Shown: piece after piece, positions 27,351-40,419 of the stretch
Position numbering within the stretch: position 1 is the stretch's first letter
How the letters are laid out: each line of letters starts with the position of its first letter
Origin: Acanthaster planci
Taxonomy: Eukaryota
NCBI RefSeq assembly: GCF_001949145.1
Contig: NW_019091355.1
Location: 119,720-183,719, forward strand
DNA length: 64,000 nucleotides
Direction: 5' to 3'
Translations under genes and position numbers: made by a program
Notes under the pieces: generated by a model
Told to the model about the DNA's origin: nothing
Databases searched by the model: none
What the model saw: only the letters and a program-made list of their open reading frames with translations

Positions 27351-27944
27351 GCACGTACATATGACTGCAAAATTTCAGTGTACAGTATACATCTGAATGA
27401 TTAACAAATCAGAACTTGACTTCATTGGTAATTTTAAGATCAATAAAGTTTTCTGGTGTTTTTTGGCAAGCAAGCATCGTGAATGTATTTTCTGTTCTAG
27501 CTATTCTAAGTGGCTAATGTAACTTACATTTAATATGTTTATTTTATGCCAGTAACATTTCAGGTATGTGATAGTCAGTAGTTTTAACAGTGATTTGTAA
27601 TTTGGGTGAAAATGTTTTTAAAAATAATAGTCATGACATCCTTGATTTCTTCTAATGAATGGCTGTGGATCTCCTAACAGCAAGTAGTAATTAACAGAGA
27701 AACTCATTCCCATTCACACTGCATCCTAAAAGTGCAACTATTTATTTAAATGAAAGGAATAAATCTAAGTACTGGTAAAATAGTTCTAACCCCAAAGTAA
27801 AAGTTTTAGCTCTTGACATGTTCCGAGAGCAAACACTGAAACTCTATCTGGAACCCATCTTCACCGGCTGTTTAGTGCCAAAAATCAGTGGTTTTGACCT
27901 GAATACCTGAGGTAAAAAAAATCAATTACACCAAGATTTAGCTC

Positions 27945-28360
27945 TCTTAACCCTTAACCTCCTCAATCCTCCAAAATCCTTTGGGCAGTTTTGGAAGATT
28001 TTGAAGGATTGAGGATGAATGGCAAAAGTGCATGACATATTATGAAGGATGCCATGCATGTATGTCGTGGATTAGACTTTGTGTTGTTTTTGCTTAGTCA
28101 AACACAAATTCAGCCTGATAATTCTTTTGATTCAACCGCACAGCAGAAGAATGTCATTCGTACTGCCTCAACATAATGACAGGAATTGCCGGGGGATTAT
28201 GAAGGATTGAGGCAGTAGGCACACTTCCAAAAACATTTTCAAGAAATTTTGGAGGATTTTGGAGGATTGAGGCTTAATGCTATTTTTTCATGTCAAAAAT
28301 CTGAGGATTTTGGAAGATTGAGGATGGTTCCTAGTAAAAACGCCTAGGGTGTTAGGGCTA
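27945..28360. repeat. Foldback/MITE-like element built from GGATTTTGGAGGATTGAGG units
   Basis: One inverted copy (CCTCAATCCTCCAAAATCC, about 27961-27979) and forward copies near 27990-28014, 28195-28211, 28250-28271 and 28304-28323. Confidence 0.6.
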
Positions 28361-31262
28361 AAGAAGCATGAAGTTTATTGAAAACCTCATTTGATCCAGA
28401 CTTTACCTCTCAGAAATTTGTGTAAGTAAAAGCTTAATCTAGAGAGTTGCACTATTTTAAGAGTATAAATTGCATGGTACCTTATTTTATTATTTTACAA
28501 GAATGTACACGTACCATCATTTTAATTACCTAACAGATATTATTGGATATATTCATGTTTCAGCCATTACACTCACATGATATCGGTGTTTTGTCAGTGC
28601 AATACATTCATTAGTATACTGTTGTGCTGTGTGTATTTGTAAAATTTTGTCAATGTGCACAGATCTTACAAATTGGTAATATAATTATGTTTATGGGCAA
28701 TACATGTAGTTTGGTTTAACCAACATGTTGGAATTTAACATGCTTCCCTCATCGCAGTATGGTTAATCACCCCCCCCCACCCTGCAGCTCATTGGGGGTT
28801 TAGAAATCAGTTTTTGAAGTACCTTTTTGTAAAATTTTCATGTGGATAACTTGCATAGGTACATTCAGAGACAGATTTTTATACAAAAACAATGATTGTT
28901 AAATGAACTATGAAAGAAAAATTGCATTAAATTAGATAAGTAATTGACCCAGCACAGACCAGTTGAAATTAAAATAACTCAACAAGCCACTTGGTATCCC
29001 AGCTGGACTGCACATTCCCAAAATTATGTTCATTGGAGGTCTTTCGAGAGCGGAATTTATAAGCGCACAACTCATGCCCTGAAAGCTTGTGTGCTTTGGT
29101 CACAAATGGCCTCATCACAACTATGTCCTGGTAGAATGATGCCATTTCTTTTGTGTCAAGAGAAAATTCAACATTTTAGCTTGTGATAGACGCCCGTTTC
29201 AGTGATAACTTTACTAAGATTCTAGAAATTAAGATTGTTGGTGCTCAGTCTATCAAATGTCTACTCCATCGGGAATTGTGTTTTCGCATCTGAATTTGAT
29301 AATTTAAATGACAGGTGTTAACTTGAGTCCAAAGGAAGGAGGAAAAACCTGTCATTACATGGTTAAGAGGATTTGGGTATGCAATTCCCATTGACAATGT
29401 TGTAAGCAATCCTCCAATGACATACAGAAAGTCAGTTTATGAAATTAATGTCATTCGTTTTTGCCTTGGGTCCAAAAACCTAAACTGCTTCAGTGGCAAG
29501 AGTCCTATGAGATTGACTTACTCTAGTCTTCTGTTTTGTACTCAGTTCTACTGTTACTACTAGAATGTTAATTTCTCATTAGATAATGATATAGCTTGGT
29601 GTTAATATTGGTGTATTTAGAATTAACTTTCAATTGGCAGTTAGTTGGGAGGAGAGAGTATTTGTCTGTAAAGAAATTTAAAGCAGTGTAAATTGTTGCA
29701 ATAACTGAATCGATGATTTGTGTTCGAATGAATGTAAAAGCAAATTGCAATGTAACTGAATCAATGTTTCACCAGTGAACCTTGAATAAAGTTTCTGAAG
29801 TACATGTAAATTGCAGCTGTAATTTGTTATATTTTGGCCAACTGAGGGCGCTCTGTCATTTTGTGGCCTCATATCCTCATAAGGAGACGCAATTAATGAC
29901 GTCTGTGGGAGGCTCATTTTTTACCCTCACTGAACGAAAGTAAACAAAAGATGCTAGAGATCGTAATGTGCCTAAAACCAGTCAGATTCTGATTTGGAAT
30001 TAGGTTTCCCTATGTGAACTGGCAAATCCGACAACTGGAATTAAGAGCCATAATCATTGGACATCGCAGGTAGCGCTTCGATGGCTCGTCGCCCATGGCC
30101 CAGCGCCCGCGCCGAACGGGGCTCTGGGAGGAATTCTGTGAAGTTGCCAAACTACTGCGCTGGTGTTTTTTAAGAATTAATTAATGAACGAGGGAGTGTA
30201 GTGATGCCGCGGCAATGGCGCTCTCTCAGAGAAGAGTGTACAGAAACTGCAGCGGTACCCGCGGGAACATAAAAGAATGGATTCAGAAGTACACCATTAT
30301 TTTGTACCTGACGTGCTTGAGCACTGGTACATGTGTTTACAGCAATGATTGCTGTACTTAACTGAACAAGAAATGTCAAAGTGAAACACGGTATACATGC
30401 GTATGAGTTTCATAACTGCCTTTTATTGGAGCATGATGACTTAATGTAAAATCTGCTTCTTTTTTTGTAAATAAATGTTGTTTAAATTACTTAACATTTT
30501 TACAGGTAACTACATTAAAAAAATCTATGGCGTTTTTTAGGGATGGGGTGAGTTCAGGGTCAGGTTTAGACCCACCCTCCCCGCAGTCAGACTTAAAACA
30601 TTCACCACATACGATTAAAAATACTCATATATCGTAACGTTCCACTGGCAAGAAAACTCTGGACAAACTAGTATCAGTAGCTCGGGGGCCCTCCTGTCTT
30701 CTGAATTATCTGTGTATAGTGTGTCCTATATGGTCCTACTGCGTGCTATGTATTTCATGTTACCTGTGCAGAGTTAACTTCCAAGCTTAAAACCTTAACT
30801 GTAAAATATCAACACGGAAGTATCTTTAGTGCGTTTAGTGGTTACCCTTGATGAATAGCCTATTCTAGTCGTAGGTGGACATAATGTCGGCGTAAGATTT
30901 TTTTTTAAATACAGAATAGCCATCTTAAGACCAAAAGTGTTTTATTGTACACATAATTAATGTCCTTCAATGTAGCAATGCCAAATTTACAATATATTTT
31001 CTAAATAAAATTGAATTACAACAACAAAGAAATTAACGGCAATGTTGCAAGCCTGCAGTTTTACAATAATTGCATTGAACATGCGTTATTTGACGTTGAG
31101 TTCTTGAGACACACTGAAGGGAGCTGCAATAGCGATATTTTTTATATAGTGCTTTGAACTTCAAGCCCAGCAAAAAAGCATGGCATTACACAATTTCGTG
31201 TGATCACGATCGTCTCTACAAACCTTTTCTCTTATTTGTCAACTTCTCATAACTTAATCCCG

Positions 31263-34200
31263 TTATATATCAGCTACCTTTTCCCTGTTTCTGGCATCAG
31301 AGTGTTCCTTGTTCAGTCTTCTCAGAAACCTGATTTGCATGGGTAGAGCTTCTAGCTTGAGCTCCAAGACATCCTTCTGAAGGGCCAAGACTTCTTTCTC
31401 CAAAGCGCGAGTCTCCATCTCCACATCCATCGGATGGGATGGAAAAATCACAGGTGGTGCGTTGGTGGTCACATCTACATCAACGAAAGAGTGCATTTGA
31501 AAATGTTCAGTTCGTTTCTTTACCACTGCATAACTTACTGACGTTAACCGAAAAATTCAGTCAACCGTCTTTATCCGTACTGACACGAATGGTTAACGTT
31601 GGGAAATGCATCTTCAGTGAGTTGTGAGTTTAGGGGACCTTGTCTCCCTCCCATTGTTTTTACGTAGTGCCATTTTTTTTCCAGATAAACAATAACATTT
31701 TCGATGGAGTAATTTATACTTCACTACAATTACAATTATATGTTTTCTCCAACCCCAATTAATTAAGGAAGAGTTGTGGCTTTGTGTACCTACCTTCATT
31801 TGACTCTACTTCAGCGGGCATAAAGACACCAGGAACACAGCAGTCTATGTTTGATAGGAAATAGAAATTAAGAGATTCTTAAGTGGCAAATATGGATGCA
31901 AATAAAGCATAGATGTATTTTGGGCATAAAAATGTTTCGAGGTTTATAGATTTTGTTATACAATTTACCAGTACTGTTGCGTGGGTCGACTGAGTGACTG
32001 TCGAACAGTGTCATTACACACCCGATGCTTCATTTAGTAAGCCGCCAAAAGTTAATACACAACAGAAGAGTAAAAAAAATCTTACCATCGATTGATAAAG
32101 GTGCCTCGACCTTATTGAGAAGCCTTTCTGTAGAAATGTACTTGAAGACACCGGTTATCTGGCATGTTGTGTCTAAGAAGTCTTCACATCCTGTACTGCG
32201 GATTTCCATCGTGTCATCTTCTCTTTCCACGGCTGGAAAATCCTCACTCGGGGTCTGATTATTTCGCGGTACTTTTCGACCGTTGACCAACCATGTCAGC
32301 TCTCCCTTATAGCCGCATTTTTCTGTGCCCATCACAGAAATAATGCCCCCAACGGTTTCAGTCAATTCAACTTGAAGTTCTGGCTCTGGCAAGGGAAAGT
32401 TTGGGGGGAAATACACATCAAATGAAAAAGTACGTCTATGGATATACAGGTTCTAGACCCACCTCCGCTTACTTTCCATCGTCATTCAGGGAGATTTTTT
32501 GGCGCTCGGCTAATAAGTAAAAAGTTCATGTTTCGAATTGATTTGTTCTATGTAGAGTCACACTAGAGAACGATTCACTCCATTCTGATCTAATTCAATG
32601 TACTCAAACCATAGAGCGAGGAAACTTACTTGAGCAAACTCGCACCGTCGCGTTCATTCTTTTGTCTTTTTCGGAGACTATGCTTGACAGTGTGTTGTTT
32701 TCCAAGAGGGCCATACAGCCGTAACTCCCAGCCGTTCCCTCACTGGCTTCCATCGTAAAGACGGTTGTAAGTTTAGCATAGCCACTCATCATGTTATATG
32801 TGTAATTCGTCTCACAGGCTGTGGCTTGAGACAGGGTAACGAGTACCCGGTTTTCGCCACTTATTTTGTACAGTTCGTGGCGCACCTTTGAGCCGTGTGT
32901 CCTCACTCTCTTAGACGTGCATATCAGCCGAAAGCTATCACCTGCTGGTACGCTTTGACTCGGAGGCGACAGCACCGTCCCAGCTGACACTGTAAATAGG
33001 GGCAAAGTAATCGTTTCTTTTAATCAGCTTAACACCCAGTGGGTGTTGCAGTTTACATATCAGAAGAACCTTTTACTGCGACATATGTATATATATATAT
33101 ATAGTATTTTGATCAACAATTGAGGAAATGGTAAGGCTCTTAACAAAGATTATGAAGAAGGACAAATGAAGCGACCATAAACGAGGCGGTACATTTACTT
33201 GAATAAAAGACACGGCATCACAAGTTTGATGGGCATTTTGAAGATTTCGAGAAGTCATCAGAATATGTTTGAGGGGTGTTATACTCGAGCATAGAGGAAC
33301 GACACAGAAGGAGTTTGAACTGCCCAGGCTGTAACATCTGGCCAATTGCCGCTTTCTGGCATGCCGGGTATGTCCATAGCCAAAGCGCAGCGAACACTGG
33401 CTACGCACCATCTGTTTCACAACCACGAAACCCTTTTATCCTATGATCGCCTTAAAATCTTTAAAACTTCCTGTACTGAGGTATAGGAAATTGAATATTC
33501 ATGCTTTTGTTGGTGCTTCGTATGATCTCATGACAACATCAAATTTAATGCTTTCGTAGTTGCTTGCATTACGCTTTGTGCCCTAAATCTGTATGTGCAG
33601 TCATTGCCCTTAATGAGATCTTTCTTCTGGAGTTATTTTGGGAATAAATAGAAGCCCGGTTGTTTACAAGATTTAGTGTTTTGTTTGAATCATTTTTATT
33701 ATGGTATTTGTACTAAAGCGTATTTTATGAGATTTCACGATCACTACCTGTGATGAAATAGCGCATTTTGTTCCTAATAAACTAAGCTTTCCAGTAGTAG
33801 TGAACATTTTGTTGGCCACTCATAGCCAAAATTACAAACTTTGCATGGATAATGGAACAGTGTATCAAAATTTAAAAGTTTATTTACGATGGCAAACGTA
33901 GGTCTAACTATTTCCTGGCCACATCGACAATTTGTATTAATTGCGAGCAAAAACTTTAAGTATTGCTAGGATATTACTGGCCCTGCTTGTCCGGCTAAGA
34001 TGCGGGCAGTAATCAGACATTTTTGGAATGTTTTCTATTATTCGCCTGACTCTGCGGCGACCATCATTGAACACTTTGAAGTGCCTGAGTTGCAACTCCT
34101 TCTGTGTCCTTCCTCTATGACTCGAGAAGATATACACCCGCTCCTACAAATGTCTTAACATTAGTTGACTAAAATCAAATGGTTTGTAAACTTACCTGTT

Positions 34201-34268
34201 AGACCGAATGATCCAAAAGTGAGCAAGGCCCAGGTTAACAGGATTCGAAGATTGAACATGCTGTCCAT
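31263..34268 (-). CDS. Uncharacterised secreted immunoglobulin-superfamily protein: signal peptide, V-like Ig, C-like Ig, C-terminal coiled coil (about 330-355 aa)
   Basis: Exons, all with phase-1 junctions as is typical of IgSF genes: 34268-34196 (MDSMFNLRILLTWALLTFGSFGLT, hydrophobic signal), 32989-32630 (PSQSVPAGDSFRLIC...TAGSYGC...ATVRV), 32385-32086 (KPEL...CGYKGELTWLVNG...TTCQI), possible microexon 31989-31969, 31844-31794 (DCCVPGVF), and a last exon from 31474 (or 31525) to 31263 (RALEKEVLALQKDVLELKLEALPMQIRFL, heptad pattern). AATAAA lies at 30946-30941. The 3' exon structure is less certain. Confidence 0.65.
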
Positions 34269-34299
34269 AACGTCCGATCCTTACCGTCTGAAATTAACT

Positions 34300-34780
34300 C
34301 GACCCACGGGAGCTTGCTATATATGAGACAAATGCCCACTGCAAGTTGTTGAACCTCGCAAACAGAGAGGAGGGCGAATAGGCGGAGGACGGTTTGTTCT
34401 TAGGCTGGAATGGCACCGAGGATACCTTGTTATCCGTGGTCTAACTTCGCCTGGCGCGTCACCCCTTTATAGACAAAAAGTATGAGGAAATTCCCAGTCT
34501 ACAGCTGGAATCTCAGGAAGTGATGCAACGTCAACAATGAAAGTGAGTTGAGTGTTGTCATACCTGGAGCTAGCTCAGTTATTGTACAGGTATCACTTTC
34601 CTTTTCCGCGCATTTTACAAAATAACAGTGGATTATCTAGTGGCTTAACACGAGCCTTATACTCGCCTGAAATTACGTTACTTCGTTTTTGGACGAATTC
34701 CAACTTAATGCTTTGTAAATTATTACTTTTTTATGCTCACTGTTTCGAAATGATGATCAAAATCTGTGTTGACGTCATTT
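34300..34780 (-). promoter_or_regulatory. Putative proximal promoter of the Ig gene with immune-type transcription-factor motifs
   Basis: TATATA at about 34318-34323; GGAAATTCCC at 34486-34495 (GGGAATTTCC on the minus strand, the kB consensus); CAGGAAGTG at about 34513-34521 (ETS); TGATGCAA at about 34520-34527 (C/EBP-ATF); GAAAGTGA at about 34539-34546 (IRF-like); TGACGTCA at 34770-34777 (CRE). These are motif matches only. Confidence 0.4.
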
Positions 34781-36716
34781 ACGTCGTCTTTCGATGTGTT
34801 GTAATGGCGGTAACACTAATAATTGCAAAGAATATTCAGTTTCTGTGGTCATCTCACCGCCTGGAAAACAGGTGTAAGGTTGCAACAGGAATTATCAGTT
34901 TAACCCCAGTCCCTAATTCTCGTATTAATTTGTATAGTTTTTCACACACCCCTGAGGTGCAGGAATAATCATTCAATAAAGTATACTATGATCATCATTT
35001 CAGCACGTCATGGGCGCTGGGTTTGGAACAGCGATGTATCCAGCTTTGGTGTGAGGGGGAGCAAAGTAAAAACAGAATGTGGCTTTGGGCTTATTCAACA
35101 TTATGTTACTACTTGGTGTTCTTTGCATAGGGTATTGGTGCTAATATTTGATAAATAAATGTTTTTTCTTTCCTACTCATGTATTCTTAGTAAAAAAATC
35201 CGTCGGGGAGGGGGTAATGCCCCCCCTGGATATGCCACTGGTTTAGAAGATAAACTAAACTGTAAAAAGTGAAATGAACAAGTTTGTAATTTCTTTGAAG
35301 CAACATTCTTCTATTCCCAGAAGCTATATATATTTAATCAATCAATTCTCCAATCAGTTTTCTGGAGAATCGAACGGGAAACGTTGTTTTTGTATGATTG
35401 TTATAAGGCTAATATTTACGCATATTTTGTTCGGAATGCGATCTATAACTTTTGGCGTCATCAAGAATATTTAGGGTCTGTCACAATTCGACGAATTTAT
35501 GTCCATTATATTTCTGCCAGCTTATCAGTTTTTGGGGTGGTTCCCCGTCAAAACTTGATATGCTGCAATTGAGTGAAATTCTTGAGGGGTTTTCCCCAAA
35601 AGTGAACCGGGCATCGTGAACTACACAGGATGGTTGAGAAGCAGAAAGCCCGGAAGTGCAGTCACATATATATAGCACTAGTGCGACCTTGGTCCGACTT
35701 ATATTCCCCATGTAAAATGTTCATTACTGGGGCGCCATCTGGCTCTTCCAAGGGTTAACCGCTCTTACTATCTGTGGGTGTGGCCACTCAATACATCCCA
35801 CGCAGGGATGGATCCAGCGGTGGAATAGGGGCCACAGCTCACCATCAATACCATATTTGAATAATATGAGAATGGTGATTTTGGGGGTGTATTTCTTTTC
35901 CCTTTTTTCTAAAGGCGTGCAAAAGCCCCATAATGCATTGTTTCTGTTTAACTTCCGTAGTGTAGTCTTGTCAGTTAAAACTGATATTCTAGAGGGCCCT
36001 GATAAAACTTGAAATAAATCAATACAAATGAACATAAAAAAATTTGACAAAAGCAGATTAAGTTAATAAGGGAGACAGATAAAAGAGAAACTGAATAGCT
36101 GTCGAACAACACAGGAATTCTTTATAAAATTAAATAAAATAGCAAAGATTAATCGAATTAACAGTTAGTGATTAAAATAATAAAATAAACATAAGCATAT
36201 AAGAGTGAAAATAAAATGTATTTTGAACAAAACTAAAATGAATGATGATCAAAATTAACAGTGAACACATAATACACAATCAATGGAAAATGAAGTAAAA
36301 GTATAAGAAGCAAGAGAAATATTACAATGGATATGTTATAATAAAACTACAACTAAAATCAAATGGAATTAAACGAGGTTAGATAAACTTAATCTACAAT
36401 GATTGAATTAAGATAAAAACATAATATAAAGGTTAAATAAAAGTCAACTTCGGGAGACTTTTTAATCTAAAGAGGGACTCCGCCTGTCTTTGAGAGGTAG
36501 TCATCTTGTTCAACCCCAAGGCCCCTAAATATTGGATTATGCGTTGGCCTGCATTAGTTTAGCCTCACCCCCATACATGGGTTACATACAAAATGCCAAA
36601 CTTTTACCCCCTCCTCCTGAACCAGAGACATCAGAATTCCCAAGCCTTTGGGCCCAAGATACCCCGGACCTCTCTACCCTTTTGAGATAATTATACCTGA
36701 CGTGGAAGAAACGGCG

Positions 36717-36776
36717 TGTTTGTTGTTGTTGTTGTTGCTGTTGTTGTTGTTGTTGTTGTTGCTGTTGTTGTTGTTT
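36717..36776 (+). repeat. (GTT)n microsatellite with GCT interruptions
   Basis: Seen directly. It produces spurious poly-Leu and poly-Thr ORFs. Confidence 0.95.
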
Positions 36777-38213
36777 TCATTGTCAAGATTTCATTATTAC
36801 GCATTCCATTTTGTATTGTCCACTGCAAATTTAATTTACAATAAATCACAGGAAGCAAATTGCAGCTTCGAATATTCCGAGTGCAGTTTTTTCCCGTCCT
36901 CGTCTGTATTTGCACAGAGGAGGCTTTGAGGTGAGAACATGTAGTAACTACAGCTTCAAGTGGGTATATATAGGCCTAGTCAGCTGTCCCTCCAGATCTT
37001 TAATTGCTTTTGCAGATGTGTTCCCATATTAACTCCGCACGGGCCTACTTCAAGGAACGTAAAGGGAATTTTCACATAAAATCATGCGGAAGTGGTAGGC
37101 GGCCGCTGGCCAGTACGGGGAAGTTCACCATCAGGCTCCAGGAAATATTCGGCCGTGGGTGGATGGGTGAAATTCACAGAGAACAGTATCTTCCTTGTAG
37201 TGTTTCAAAACTAGGCCCTTTGTGACCCTTTGTTTTGTCTCGATGAATAAGTGCTACTCTTGACACACTATTATTAGTCATTAGCAATTAAGTCATCCAA
37301 GTTTCTCGGGTTGTGTAAAAACTTACGTTCCTGAAAAGGAGAGGGAAGGCCAAGCGCCGACAAATGAAATGCGGCATTTTAGCGCAGACTCTGTCTTCAG
37401 TTTATTTGTCCATGTTTAGCGTAACCGTTGACTTTTGTTGAAAAAAGTTCAGCGAGCAAAGGCGTCTGTCGACTGGCAGGCAGTTTAACTACAGAAAGTA
37501 CTGTCAAGATTATTGGCCTTCACGCACACTATAAAAAGTATTAGATTATCCACCGATACCACTATCAGATTGGTTTTTAACAGTGTAGGAAAACCATAGA
37601 GAAATACAAGACACAGTCTGTGTCTTTAGTTCTCCGTGAGAAAACTGACATGGATTTCGGTTTATCAAATTGCCCTTGGCGGTAGTTTTCGGAATCGCTC
37701 GAACATGATCGGACATAGTCGGTACATTTCGTGGCATACTCGGCAATGCGCGTGCGTAGTGGGCCGCTACCCGGCAGCTCCATGCATGCGGTACGAAGAC
37801 TGCTGACTGTTGCGTCGCCTGTTTTGAAGGGAATTTGTAAGGTTCTTGTGACTTTATGGTGTAAAGCCTATTATAAGTGAGATTCATAAAGTAAAATGTT
37901 TGATTTCGTTGGGTATTTTTTTGATTTGTTAATAAACAAAGCGTTTAACATGTCACACGACCCGGCACATGCTGACAATAGCCTGTGCCACTTTGAGTCG
38001 TTGTCTTACTCTTAGTCCAGTTTCCGGACATCCATTCTCTTGATTTTTGCATGGTTTTGTTACACCCCAACAAGCGTCTGTCCCACACTTGTCCCAACTA
38101 TAGTTGGAACATCCCTACTGTAGTGCTAATTCCTATAGGAGATTTCTCATGTTTCTCAACCTTATCTAAGTTTATAGACATGAATAGGCCTAAAATCGTA
38201 CTACTAGTACTAC

Positions 38214-38650
38214 NNNNNNNNNNNNNNNNNNNNNNNNNNNNNNNNNNNNNNNNNNNNNNNNNNNNNNNNNNNNNNNNNNNNNNNNNNNNNNNNNNNNNNN
38301 NNNNNNNNNNNNNNNNNNNNNNNNNNNNNNNNNNNNNNNNNNNNNNNNNNNNNNNNNNNNNNNNNNNNNNNNNNNNNNNNNNNNNNNNNNNNNNNNNNNN
38401 NNNNNNNNNNNNNNNNNNNNNNNNNNNNNNNNNNNNNNNNNNNNNNNNNNNNNNNNNNNNNNNNNNNNNNNNNNNNNNNNNNNNNNNNNNNNNNNNNNNN
38501 NNNNNNNNNNNNNNNNNNNNNNNNNNNNNNNNNNNNNNNNNNNNNNNNNNNNNNNNNNNNNNNNNNNNNNNNNNNNNNNNNNNNNNNNNNNNNNNNNNNN
38601 NNNNNNNNNNNNNNNNNNNNNNNNNNNNNNNNNNNNNNNNNNNNNNNNNN
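38214..38650. other. Assembly gap (N run) flanked by TAG/CTA/TAGGCCTA low-complexity sequence
   Basis: Run of N. Confidence 1.
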
Positions 38651-39621
38651 ACTAGAGTAGGCCTATAGTATCAATCATGTGACTATTACTAGGCCTAAGC
38701 TAATTTTTAGGTCTAATAGTACTACATGGCTGATTTTGCACAACTGTGGCAAGGCATTGTGGGTAGGGAAACCGAAAAGGGTCAAAGTTTGCCCCTTGTT
38801 TCCTTCCCAAGATGCCTTTACATGTATACTATTGTGCAAAATCATTCTTACAGTTGCAGTGTGACGAGAAGGTTTATACATCTCACACTTGGCACTGTTC
38901 ATCTAAACTAAGCCTAGGCCTACAGGTAGCTATGGCGCTTCATTCTTAGACCCCTACCCTTACCCCAGAACTGTAGGGTCAGACGTCCGCCCCGTTCCCA
39001 CAAACCCCAAAGAAAATGAGCCTTTTTCGCCATATAGGCACTGCATGTGCATGACATTTAACAGGGCATGAACAAGGATCTTATTCTGGTTGTGCACCCA
39101 TAGAAATGCTGCTCCATTTCCCCCAACTAAGATAGCTTACATACCTTTATACTGAGTACCAAAACAAACCAGGCCCAAACCCTGCCCCACAACCTTATTT
39201 TAAAGATGGCAACTGTGAGAGCGAGCCAGTGAGATTGAATGGGTGAAGGCAAAAAGACTGGAAAATACCAGAACAACGTGAGTGAAATCATTCAATAAAT
39301 GGCACTAAGAAAGCGGAGAGGCTAAGGATCATCTCTGTGTACAAAAGAAATTGCGCCCACGATAATAAGTGGGTGCGCCGAAAATTTTCAGTACGTCAAC
39401 ACGAAATTGCATATATGGATGTGTGGCTAAGGATGGAGCAGGAGTGAGAGTCCGTGCCACACTAGTGGGGCTAGCCAAAACCATGCTGCAAGGGTCTTAC
39501 AAGTATTAGGGGGCAGAACCAAACCAACAGACTGTACGCACGTGTAATGTATTGTACTGTAAACGCCGGCTAAGTCGGCTCTCTCGCTTGGGACATGAGA
39601 TCATGGTTAAGTTACATGTAG

Positions 39622-39990
39622 TTCAATATGGCGACCCCCCAAATGGACAGAACGCATGTGTGTAACACTAGAGGAGTCACTGGTATTGATGTGCTCAGCC
39701 ACGTGCTGTTGATAAGCAGACATCAATCAAGCAGTGTGGTGCTTGTCACTTGACGCTTCTTGGCAACCACTTTGAAGGAAACCGATACCAAAATGCGATT
39801 TATTTAATGCTGACTTATACTATGAATTTTTTGTGGTCTTATAGAAAAGGGACTGAGTGAAACATGCTGACTTATGAGAAATGAATGACAACTTAGAAAT
39901 ACTGACTTAGAAATGAGATGAGGGCATCAATACCAGTAGCCCCTCTAGTAACATGCATGTGCTCTGTCCATTTTGGGGGTTGCCTTATTG
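39622..39990. mobile_element. MITE of about 370 bp with imperfect TIRs of about 75 bp
   Basis: The left arm TCAATATGGCGACCCCCCAAATGGACAGA...CTAGAGGAGTCACTGGTATTGATG matches the reverse complement of about 39919-39990 (TCAATAAGGCAACCCCCAAAATGGACAGA...CTAGAGGGGCTACTGGTATTGATG). Confidence 0.7.
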
Positions 39991-40419
39991 AGCAAACTTT
40001 ACCGCTAATATGTGCATGAAAATGGGTTTTTCCATGCGGTGCCATGATATGATTTGATAATTTAATGTCCACAATTTCAATGTTAAAAGTTTCTTTCCAC
40101 CAGCAATAGAGTTTTAAATATTATAGAGATAATACGTATACGTCATTTTTAACGTGGCTCTCAAGACATAGTAGTGATGTCAGTCGCGTTTATTTTATGA
40201 ATGGAAAATGACGTCATCACGATAATATCGGATATTGCGATATTTTTTCATGATATTGCGATATAAAAGAAGTGAATATCAAACAGGCTTAATTTTGCCT
40301 TCTATAGGCATGTTGATGGTTTGTTGACGGTACTGTGCATGTTGACGGTAATTAGTAGGAGTGCTTAATGGTATAATTTCCATGATGTTCCAGTTACAGT
40401 TAGAGCATCGCCATTCGTC

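Noticed and set aside
28944..29520. Coding-looking stretch, possibly a transposase relic
   Set aside because: The frames I translated contain several stops and I could not name any motif with confidence.
31539..31620. Extra Ig-gene exon ending at a strong GTAAGT donor (reads PTLTIRVSTDKDG*LNFSVNV)
   Set aside because: It contains an in-frame TGA, and no acceptor gives an open phase-1 exon. It may be a decayed exon and needs RNA data.
36648..36929. Poly-Leu 'signal peptide' ORF and the antisense poly-Thr ORF
   Set aside because: Both are by-products of the (GTT)n microsatellite.
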